From Eledone cirrhosa (Eukaryota), in NCBI GenBank assembly GCA_964016885.1, contig OZ024751.1, positions 1,860,001-1,924,000 on the forward strand: a stretch of 64,000 nucleotides of DNA, given 5' to 3'. The notes under the pieces are model-generated. The model was not told the DNA's origin. It did no database searches and was given only the letters and a program-made list of their open reading frames with translations. Numbering within the stretch: the stretch's first letter is position 1; every line of letters begins with the position of its first letter. Shown here piece by piece: positions 50,691 through 61,790 of this stretch. The position numbers and the translations under genes are program-made.

Positions 50691-51399
50691 TGTTGGTGTT
50701 ACTGTTGTTGGTGTTGTTAGTGTTACTGTTGTTGGTGTTGTTAGTGTTACTGTTGTTGGTGTTGTTGGTGTTACTGTTGTTGGTGTTATTAGTGTTACTG
50801 TTGTTGGTGTTGTTTGTGTTACTGCTGTTGGTGTTGTTGGTGTTACTGTTGTTGGTGTTCTTGGTGTTACTGATGTTGGTGTTGTTGGTGTTACTGTTGT
50901 TGGTGTTGTTGGTGTTACTGTTGTTGGTGTTGTTAGTATTAATGTTGTTGGTGTCGTTGGTGTTACTGTTGTTGGTGTTGGTGGTGTTACTGTTGTTGGT
51001 GTTGTTGGAGTTACTGTTGTTGTTGTTGGTGTTACTGTTGTTGGTGTTATTGGTGTTACTGTTGTTGGTGTTGTTGGTGTTGTTTGTGTTACTGTTGTTG
51101 GTGTTGTTGGTGTTACTGTTATTGGTGTTGTTGGTGTTACTGTTGTTGGTGTTGTTGGTGTTACTGTTGTGGTGTTGTTAGTGTTACTGTTGTTGGTGTT
51201 GTTATTGTTACTGTTGTTGGTTTTGTTGGTGTTACTGTTGATGGTGTTATTGGTGTTACTGTTGTTGGTGTTGTTGGTGTTACTGTTGTTGGTGTTGTTG
51301 GTGTTACTGTTGTTGGTGTTGTTAGTATTAATGTTGTTGGTGTCGTTGGTGTTACTGTTGTTGGTGTTGGTGGTGTTACTGTTGTTGGTGTTGTTGGTG

Positions 51400-54300
51400 T
51401 TACTGTTGTTGGTGTTGTTCGTGTTACTGTTGTTGGTGTTGGTGTTACTGTTGTTGGTGTTACTGTTGTTGGTGTTGTTGGTGGTACTGTTGTTGGTGTT
51501 GTTGGTGTTACTGTTGTGGTGTTGTTGGTGTTACTTTTGTTGGTGTTGTTAGTGTTACTGTTGTTGGTGTTGTTAGTGTTACTGTTGTTGGTGTTGTTGG
51601 TGTTGTTGGTGTTACTGTTGTTGGTGTTATTAGTGTTACTGTTGTTGGTGTTGTTTGTGTTACTGTTGTTGGTGTTGTTGGTGTTACTGTTGTTGGTGTT
51701 ATTGGTGTGACTGATGTTGGTGTTGTTGGTGTTTCTGTTGTTGGTGTTGTTGGTGTTACTGTTGTTGGTGTTGTTAGTATTAATGTTGTTGGTGTCGTTG
51801 GTGTTACTGTTGTTGGTGTTGGTGGTGTTACTGTTGTTGGTGTTGTTGGAGTTACTGTTGTTGTTGTTGTTGGTGTTACTGTTGTTGGTGTTATTGGTGT
51901 TACTGTTGTTGGTGTTGTTGGTGTTGTTTGTGTTACTTTTGTTGGTGTTGTTGGTGTTACTGTTATTGGTGTTGTTGGTGTTACTGTTGTTGGTGTTGTT
52001 GGTGTTACTGTTGTGGTGTTGTTAGTGTTACTGTTGTTGGTGTTGTTATTGTTACTGTTGTTGGTTTTGTTGGTGTTACTGTTGTTGGTTTTATTGGTGT
52101 TACTGTTGTTGGTGTTGTTGGTGTTACTGTTGTTGGTGTTGTTGGTGTTACTGTTGTTGGTGTTGTTAGTATTAATGTTGTTGGTGTCGTTGGTGTTACT
52201 GTTGTTGGTGTTGGTGGTGTTACTGTTGTTGGTGTTGTTGGTGTTACTGTTGTTGGTGTTGTTCGTGTTACTGTTGTTGGTGTTGGTGTTACTGTTGTTG
52301 GTGTTGTTAGTGTTACTGTTGTTGGTGTTGGTGTTGGTGTTACTGTTGTTGGTGTTGTTGGTGTTACTGTTGTTGGTGTTGTTGGTGTTACTGTTGTGGT
52401 GTTGTTAGTGTTACTGTTGTTGGTGTTGTTAGTGTTACTGTTGTTGGTTTTGTTGGTGTTACTGTTGTTGGTGTTGTCAGTGTTACTGTTGTTGGTGTTG
52501 TTAGTGTTACTGTTGTTGGTGTTGTTGGTGTTACTGTTGTTGGTGTTGTTGATCTTACTGTTGTTGGTGATGTTGGTGTTACTGTTGTTGGTGTTGTTGG
52601 TTTTACTGTTGTTGGTATTGTTGGTGTTACTGTTGTTGGTGTTGTTGGTTTTGCTGTTGTTGGTGTTGTTGGTGTTACTGTTGTTGGTATTGTTGGTGTT
52701 ACTGTTGTTGGTGTTGTTAATATTACTGTTGTTGGTGTTGGTGGTGTTACTGTTGTTGGTGTTGTTGGTGTTACTGTTGTTGGTGTTGTTGGTGTTACTG
52801 TTGTTGGTGTTGTTAGTGTTACTGTTCTTGGTGTTGTTGGTGTTACTGTTGTTGGTGTTGTTGGTGTTACTGTTGTTGGTATTGTTGGTGTTACTGTTGT
52901 TGGTGTTGGTGGTGTTACTGTTGTTGGTGTTGGTGGTGTTACTGTTGTTGGTGTTGTTGGTGTTACTGTTGTTGGTGTTGTTGGTGTTACTGTTGTTGGT
53001 GTTGTTGGTGTTACTGTTGTTGGTGTTGTTAGTATTACTGTTGTTGGTATGGTTGGTGTTACTGTTGTTGGTGTTGTTGGTGTTACTGTTGTTGGTGTTT
53101 TTGGTGTTACTGTTGTTGGTGTTGTTGGTGTTACTGTTGTTGGTGTTATTAGTGTTACTGTTGTTTGTGTTGTTAGTGTTACTGTTGTTGGTGTTGTTGG
53201 TGTTAATGTTGTTGGTGTTGTTGGTGTTACTGTTGTTGGTGTTGTTGGTGTTACTGTTGTTGGTGTTGTTAGTGTTACTGTTGTTGGTGTTGTTAGTGTT
53301 ACTGTTGTTGGTGTTGTTGGTGTTACTGTTGTTGGTGTTGTTGGTGTTACTTTTGTTGGTGTTGTTAGTGTTACTGTTGTTGGTGTTGTTAGTGTTACTG
53401 TTGTTGGTGTTGTTGGTGTTACTGTTGTTGGTGTTGTTGGTGTTACTGTTGTTGGTGTTATTTGTGTTAATGTTGTTGGTGTTGTTTGTGTTACTGTTGT
53501 TGGTGTTGTTGGTGTTACTGTTGTTGGTGTTATTGGTGTTACTGTTGTTGGTGTTATTTGTGTTACTGTTGTTGGTGTTGTTGGTGTTACTGTTGTTGGT
53601 GTTATTGGTGTTACTGTTGTTGGTGTTGTTGGTGTTATTGTTGTTGGTGTTGATAGTGTTACTGTTGTTGGTGTTGTTAGTGTTACTGTTGTTGGTGTTG
53701 TTGGTGTTACTGTTGTTGGTGTTGTTGGTGTTACTGTTGTTGGTGTTGTTGGTGTTACTGTTGTTGGTGTACTTAGTGTTACTGTTGTTGGTGTTGTTCG
53801 TGTTACTGTTGTTGGTGTTGGTGTTACTGTTGTTGGTGTTGTTAGTGTTACTGTTGTTGGTGTTGGTGTTGGTGTTACTGTTGTTGGTGTTGTTGGTGGT
53901 ACTGTTGTTGGTGTTGATGGTGTTACTGTTGTGGTGTTGTTGGTGTTACTTTTGTTGGTGTTGTTAGTGTTACTGTTGTTGGTGTTGTTAGTGTTACTGT
54001 TGTTGGTGTTGTTGGTGTTACTGTTGTTGGTGTTGTTGGTGTTACTGTTGTTGGTGTTATTAGTGTTACTGTTGTTGGTGTTGTTTGTGTTACTGTTGTT
54101 GGTGTTGTTGGTGTTACTGTTGTTGGTGTTATTGGTGTGACTGATGTTGGTGTTGTTGGTGTTACTGTTGTTGGTGTTGTTGGTGTTACTGTTGTTGGTG
54201 TTGTTAGTATTAATGTTGTTGGTGTCGTTGGTGTTACTGTTGTTGGTGTTGGTGGTGTTACTGTTGTTGGTGTTGTTGGAGTTACTGTTGTTGTTGTTGT

Positions 54301-57300
54301 TGGTGTTACTGTTGTTGGTGTTGTTCGTGTTACTGTTGTTGGTGTTGGTGTTACTGTTGTTGGTGTTACTGTTGTTGGTGTTGTTGGTGGTACTGTTGTT
54401 GGTGTTGTTGGTGTTACTGTTGTGGTGTTGTTGGTGTTACTTTTGTTGGTGTTGTTAGTGTTACTGTTGTTGGTGTTGTTAGTGTTACTGTTGTTGGTGT
54501 TGTTGGTGTTGTTGGTGTTACTGTTGTTGGTGTTATTAGTGTTACTGTTGTTGGTGTTGTTTGTGTTACTGTTGTTGGTGTTGTTGGTGTTATTGGTGTG
54601 ACTGATGTTGGTGTTGTTGGTGTTTCTGTTGTTGGTGTTGTTGGTGTTACTGTTGTTGGTGTTGTTAGTATTAATGTTGTTGGTGTCGTTGGTGTTACTG
54701 TTGTTGGTGTTGGTGGTGTTACTGTTGTTGGTGTTGTTGGAGTTACTGTTGTTGTTGTTGTTGGTGTTACTGTTGTTGGTGTTATTGGTGTTACTGTTGT
54801 TGGTGTTGTTGGTGTTGTTTGTGTTACTTTTGTTGGTGTTGTTGGTGTTACTGTTATTGGTGTTGTTGGTGTTACTGTTGTTGGTGTTGTTGGTGTTACT
54901 GTTGTGGTGTTGTTAGTGTTACTGTTGTTGGTGTTGTTATTGTTACTGTTGTTGGTTTTGTTGGTGTTACTGTTGTTGGTTTTATTGGTGTTACTGTTGT
55001 TGGTGTTGTTGGTGTTACTGTTGTTGGTGTTGTTGGTGTTACTGTTGTTGGTGTTGTTAGTATTAATGTTGTTGGTGTCGTTGGTGTTACTGTTGTTGGT
55101 GTTGGTGGTGTTACTGTTGTTGGTGTTGTTGGTGTTACTGTTGTTGGTGTTGTTCGTGTTACTGTTGTTGGTGTTGGTGTTACTGTTGTTGGTGTTGTTA
55201 GTGTTACTGTTGTTGGTGTTGGTGTTACTGTTGTTGGTGTTGTTGGTGTTACTGTTGTTGGTGTTGTTGGTGTTACTGTTGTGGTGTTGTTAGTGTTACT
55301 GTTGTTGGTGTTGTTAGTGTTACTGTTGTTGGTTTTGTTGGTGTTACTGTTGTTGGTGTTGTCAGTGTTACTGTTGTTGGTGTTGTTAGTGTTACTGTTG
55401 TTGGTGTTGTTGGTGTTACTGTTGTTGGTGTTGTTGATCTTACTGTTGTTGGTGATGTTGGTGTTACTGTTGTTGGTGTTGTTGGTTTTACTGTTGTTGG
55501 TATTGTTGGTGTTACTGTTGTTGGTGTTGTTGGTTTTGCTGTTGTTGGTGTTGTTGGTGTTACTGTTGTTGGTATTGTTGGTGTTACTGTTGTTGGTGTT
55601 GTTAGTATTACTGTTGTTGGTGTTGGTGGTGTTACTGTTGTTGGTGTTGTTGGTGTTACTGTTGTTGGTGTTGTTGGTGTTACTGTTGTTGGTGTTGTTA
55701 GTGTTACTGTTCTTGGTGTTGTTGGTGTTACTGTTGTTGGTGTTGTTGGTGTTACTGTTGTTGGTGTTGTTGGTGTTACTGTTGTTGGTGTTGGTGGTGT
55801 TACTGTTGTTGGTGTTGGTGGTGTTACTGTTGTTGGTGTTGTTGGTGTTACTGTTGTTGGTGTTGTTGGTGTTACTGTTGTTGGTGTTGTTGGTGTTACT
55901 GTTGTTGGTGTTGTTAGTATTACTGTTGTTGGTATGGTTGGTGTTACTGTTGTTGGTGTTGTTGGTGTTACTGTTGTTGGTGTTGTTGGTGTTACTGTTG
56001 TTGGTGTTGTTGGTGTTACTGTTGTTGGTGTTATTAGTGTTACTGTTGTTTGTGTTGTTAGTGTTACTGTTGTTGGTGTTGTTGGTGTTAATGTTGTTGG
56101 TGTTGTTGGTGTTACTGTTGTTGGTGTTGTTGGTGTTACTGTTGTTGGTGTTGTTAGTGTTACTGTTGTTGGTGTTGTTAGTGTTACTGTTGTTGGTGTT
56201 GTTGGTGTTACTGTTGTTGGTGTTGTTGGTGTTACTTTTGTTGGTGTTGTTAGTGTTACTGTTGTTGGTGTTGTTAGTGTTACTGTTGTTGGTGTTGTTG
56301 GTGTTACTGTTGTTGGTGTTGTTGGTGTTACTGTTGTTGGTGTTATTTGTGTTAATGTTGTTGGTGTTGTTTGTGTTACTGTTGTTGGTGTTGTTGGTGT
56401 TACTGTTGTTGGTGTTATTGGTGTTACTGTTGTTGGTGTTATTTGTGTTACTGTTGTTGGTGTTGTTGGTGTTACTGTTGTTGGTGTTATTGGTGTTACT
56501 GTTGTTGGTGTTGTTGGTGTTATTGTTGTTGGTGTTGATAGTGTTACTGTTGTTGGTGTTGTTAGTGTTACTGTTGTTGGTGTTGTTGGTGTTACTGTTG
56601 TTGGTGTTGTTGGTGTTACTGTTGTTGGTGTTGTTGGTGTTACTGTTGTTGGTGTTCTTAGTGTTACTGTTGTTGGTGTTGTTCGTGTTACTGTTGTTGG
56701 TGTTGGTGTTACTGTTGTTGGTGTTGTTAGTGTTACTGTTGTTGGTGTTGGTGTTGGTGTTACTGTTGTTGGTGTTGTTGGTGGTACTGTTGTTGGTGTT
56801 GATGGTGTTACTGTTGTGGTGTTGTTGGTGTTACTTTTGTTGGTGTTGTTAGTGTTACTGTTGTTGGTGTTGTTAGTGTTACTGTTGTTGGTGTTGTTGG
56901 TGTTACTGTTGTTGGTGTTGTTGGTGTTACTGTTGTTGGTGTTATTAGTGTTACTGTTGTTGGTGTTGTTTGTGTTACTGTTGTTGGTGTTGTTGGTGTT
57001 ACTGTTGTTGGTGTTATTGGTGTGACTGATGTTGGTGTTGTTGGTGTTACTGTTGTTGGTGTTGTTGGTGTTACTGTTGTTGGTGTTGTTAGTATTAATG
57101 TTGTTGGTGTCGTTGGTGTTACTGTTGTTGGTGTTGGTGGTGTTACTGTTGTTGGTGTTGTTGGAGTTACTGTTGTTGTTGTTGTTGGTGTTACTGTTGT
57201 TGGTGTTATTGGTGTTACTGTTGTTGGTGTTGTTGGTGTTGTTTGTGTTACTGTTGTTAGTGTTGTTGGTGTTACTGTTATTGGTGTTGTTGGTGTTACT

Positions 57301-60300
57301 GTTGTTGGTGTTGTTGGTGTTACTGTTGTGGTGTTGTTAGTGTTACTGTTGTTGGTGTTGTTATTGTTACTGTTGTTGGTTTTGTTGGTGTTACTGTTGT
57401 TGGTTTTATTGGTGTTACTGTTGTTGGTGTTGTTGGTGTTACTGTTGTTGGTGTTGTTGGTGTTACTGTTGTTGGTGTTGTTAGTATTAATGTTGTTGGT
57501 GTCGTTGGTGTTACTGTTGTTGGTGTTGGTGGTGTTACTGTTGTTGGTGTTGTTGGTGTTACTGTTGTTGGTGTTGTTCGTGTTACTGTTGTTGGTGTTG
57601 GTGTTACTGTTGTTGGTGTTGTTAGTGTTACTGTTGTTGGTGTTGGTGTTGGTGTTACTGTTGTTGGTGTTGTTGGTGTTACTGTTGTTGGTGTTGTTGG
57701 TGTTACTGTTGTGGTGTTGTTAGTGTTACTGTTGTTGGTGTTGTTAGTGTTACTGTTGTTGGTTTTGTTGGTGTTATTGTTGTTGGTGTTGTCAGTGTTA
57801 CTGTTGTTGGTGTTGTTAGTGTTACTGTTGTTGGTGTTGTTGGTGTTACTGTTGTTGGTGTTGTTGATCTTACTGTTGTTGGTGATGTTGGTGTTACTGT
57901 TGTTGGTGTTGTTGGTTTTACTGTTGTTGGTGTTGTTGGTGTTACTGTTGTTGGTGTTGTTGGTTTTGCTGTTGTTGGTGTTGTTGGTGTTACTGTTGTT
58001 GGTATTGTTGGTGTTACTGTTGTTGGTGTTGTTAGTATTACTGTTGTTGGTGTTGGTGGTGTTACTGTTGTTGGTGTTGTTGGTGTTACTGTTGTTGGTG
58101 TTGTTGGTGTTACTGTTGTTGGTGTTGTTAGTGTTACTGTTCTTGGTGTTGTTGGTGTTACTGTTGTTGGTGTTGTTGGTGTTACTGTTGTTGGTGTTGT
58201 TGGTGTTACTGTTGTTGGTGTTGGTGGTGTTACTGTTGTTGGTGTTGGTGGTGTTACTGTTGTTGGTGTTGTTGGTGTTACTGTTGTTGGTGTTGTTGGT
58301 GTTACTGTTGTTGGTGTTGTTGGGGTTACTGTTGTTGGTGTTGTTAGTATTACTGTTGTTGGTATGGTTGGTGTTACTGTTGTTGGTGTTGTTGGTGTTA
58401 CTGTTGTTGATGTTGTTGGTGTTACTGTTGTTGGTGTTGTTGGTGTTACTGTTGTTGGTGTTATTAGTGTTACTGTTGTTTGTGTTGTTAGTGTTACTGT
58501 TGTTGGTGTTGTTGGTGTTAATGTTGTTGGTGTTGTTGGTGTTACTGTTGTTGGTGTTGTTGGTGTTACTGTTGTTGGTGTTGTTAGTGTTACTGTTGTT
58601 GGTGTTGTTAGTGTTACTGTTGTTGGTGTTGTTGGTGTTACTGTTGTTGGTGTTGTTGGTGTTACTTTTGTTGGTGTTGTTAGTGTTACTGTTGTTGGTG
58701 TTGTTAGTGTTACTGTTGTTGGTGTTGTTGGTGTTACTGTTGTTGGTGTTGTTGGTGTTACTGTTGTTGGTGTTATTTGTGTTAATGTTGTTGGTGTTGT
58801 TTGTGTTACTGTTGTTGGTGTTGTTGGTGTTACTGTTGTTGGTGTTATTGGTGTTACTGTTGTTGGTGTTATTTGTGTTACTGTTGTTGGTGTTGTTGGT
58901 GTTACTGTTGTTGGTGTTATTGGTGTTACTGTTGTTGGTGTTGTTGGTGTTATTGTTGTTGGTGTTGTTAGTGTTACTGTTGTTGGTGTTGTTAGTGTTA
59001 CTGTTGTTGGTGTTGTTGGTGTTACTGTTGTTGGTGTTGTTGGTGTTACTGTTGTTGGTGTTGTTAGTGTTACTGTTGTTGGTGTTGTTAGTGTTACTGT
59101 TGTTGGTGTTGTTGGTGTTACTGTTGTTGGTGTTGTTGGTGTTACTGTTGTTGGTGTTCTTAGTGTTACTGTTGTTGGTGTTGTTTGTGTTACTGTTGTT
59201 GGTGTTGTTGGTGTTACTGTTGTTGGTGTTATTGGTGTTACTGATGTTGGTGTTGTTAGTGTTACTGTTGTTGGTGTTGTTATTGTTACTGTTGTTGGTG
59301 TTGCTCGTGTTACTGTTGTTGGTGTTGTTGGTGTTACTGTTGTTGGTGTTGTTGGTGTTACTGTTGTTGGTGTTGTTGGTGTTACTGTTGTTGGTGTTAT
59401 TAGTGTTACTGTTGTTGGTGTTGTTAGTGTTACTGTTGTTGGTGTTGTTGGTGTTAATGTTGCTGGTGTTGTTGGTGTTACTGTTGTTGGTGTTGTTGGT
59501 GTTTCTGTTGTTGGTGTTGTTAGTGTTACTGTTGTTGGTGTTGTTAGTGTTACTGTTGTCGGTGTTGTTGGTGTTACTGTTGTTGGTGTTGTTGGTGTTA
59601 CTTTTGTTGGTGTTGTTAGTGTTACTGTTGTTGGTGTTGTTAGAGTCACTGTTGTTGGTGTTGTTGGTGTTACTGTTGTTGGTGTTGTTGGTGTTACTGT
59701 TGTTGGTGTTGCTGGTGTTACTGTTGTTGGTGTTGTTGGTGTTACTGTTGTTGGTGTTGTTGGTGTTACTGTTGTTGGTGTTGTTGGTGTTACTGTTGTT
59801 GGTGTTATTAGTGTTAATGTTGTTGGTGTTTTTTGTGTTACTGTTGTTGGTGTTGTTGGTGTTACTGTTGTTGGTGTTATTGGTGTTACTGTTGTTGGTG
59901 TTGTTGGTGTTACTGTTGTTGGTGTTGTTAGTGTTACTGTTGTTGGTGTTGTTAGTGTTACTGTTGTTGGCGTTGTTGGTGTTACTGTTGTTGGTGTTGT
60001 TGGTGTTACTGTTGTTGGTGTTGTTAATGTTACTGTGTTGGTGTTGTTAGTGTTACTGTTGTTGGTGTTGTTGGTGTTACTGTTGTTGGTGTTGTTGGTG
60101 TTACTGTTGTTGGTGTTATTAGTGTTACTGTTGTTGGTGTTGTTTGTGTTACTGTTGTTGGTGTTGTTGGTGTTACTGATGTTGGTGTTATTGGTGTTAC
60201 TGATGTTGGTGTTGTTGGTGTTACTGTTGTTGGTGTCGTTGGTGTTACTGTTGTTGGTGTTGTTGGTGTTACTGTTGTTGGTGTTGTTGGAGTTACTGTT

Positions 60301-61790
60301 GTTGTTGTTGTTGGTGTTACTGTTGTTGGTGTTATTGGTGTTACTGTTGTTGGTGTTGTTGGTGTTACTGTTGTTGGTGTTGTTAGTGTTACTGTTGTTG
60401 GTGTTGTTGGTGTTACTGTTATTGGTGTTGTTGGTGTTACTGTTGTTGGTGTTGTTGGTGTTACTGTTGTGGTGTTGTTAGTGTTACTGTTGTTGGTGTT
60501 GTTATTGTTACTGTTGTTGGTTTTGTTGGTGTTACTGTTGTTGGTGTTATTGGTGTTACTGTTGTTGGTGTTGTTGGTGTTACTGTTGTTGGTGTTGTTG
60601 GTGTTACTGTTGTTGGTGTTGTTAGTATTAATGTTGTTGGTGTCGTTGGTGTTACTGTTGTTGGTGTTGGTGGTGTTACTGTTGTTGGTGTTGTTGGTGT
60701 TACTGTTGTTGGTGTTGTTCGTGTTACTGTTGTTGGTGTTGGTGTTACTGTTGTTGGTGTTGTTAGTGTTACTGTTGTTGGTGATGGTGTTGGTGTTACT
60801 GTTGTTGGTGTTGTTAGTATTAATGTTGTTGGTGTCGTTGGTGTTACTGTTGTTGGTGTTGGTGGTGTTACTGTTGTTGGTGTTGTTGGTGTTACTGTTG
60901 TTGGTGTTGTTCGTGTTACTGTTGTTGGTGTTGGTGTTACTGTTGTTGGTGTTGTTAGTGTTACTGTTGTTGGTGTTGGTGTTGGTGTTACTGTTGTTGG
61001 TGTTGTTGGTGTTACTGTTGTTGGTGTTGTTGGTGTTACTGTTGTGGTGTTGTTAGTGTTACTGTTGTTGGTGTTGTTAGTGTTACTGTTGTTGGTTTTG
61101 TTGGTGTTACTGTTGTTGGTGTTGTCAGTGTTACTGTTGTTGGTGTTGTTAGTGTTACTGTTGTTGGTGTTGTTGGTGTTACTGTTGTTGGTGTTGTTGA
61201 TCTTACTGTTGTTGGTGATGTTGGTGTTACTGTTGTTGGTGTTGTTGGTTTTACTGTTGTTGGTGTTGTTGGTGTTACTGTTGTTGGTGTTGATGGTTTT
61301 GCTGTTGTTGGTGTTGTTGGTGTTACTGTTGTTGGTATTGTTGGTGTTACTGTTGTTGGTGTTGTTAGTATTACTGTTGTTGGTGTTGGTGGTGTTACTG
61401 TTGTTGGTGTTGTTGGTGTTACTGTTGTTGGTGTTGTTGGTGTTACTGTTGTTGGTGTTGTTAGTGTTACTGTTCTTGGTGTTGTTGGTGTTACTGTTGT
61501 TGGTGTTGTTGGTGTTACTGTTGTTGGTGTTGTTGGTGTTACTGTTGTTGGTGTTGGTGGTGTTACTGTTGTTGGTGTTGGTGGTGTTACTGTTGTTGGT
61601 GTTGTTGGTGTTACTGTTGTTGGTGTTGTTGGTGTTACTGTTGTTGGTGTTGTTGGTGTTACTGTTGTTGGTGTTGTTAGTATTATTGTTGTTGGTATGG
61701 TTGGTGTTACTGTTGTTGGTGTTGTTGGTGTTACTGTTGTTGGTGTTGTTGGTGTTACTGTTGTTGGTGTTGTTGGTGTTACTGTTGTTG
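51400..61790. repeat. Higher-order repeat family of ~2.4-3.3 kb marked by GATCTT and GGT-ATG variants (two near-full 2.9-kb copies plus two partial/rearranged copies)
   Basis: GATC at 52551, 55436, 57866 and 61199 (spacing 2,885, 2,430, 3,333). ATG-starting ORFs at 53049, 55934, 58364 and 61697 have identical spacing. Confidence 0.9.
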
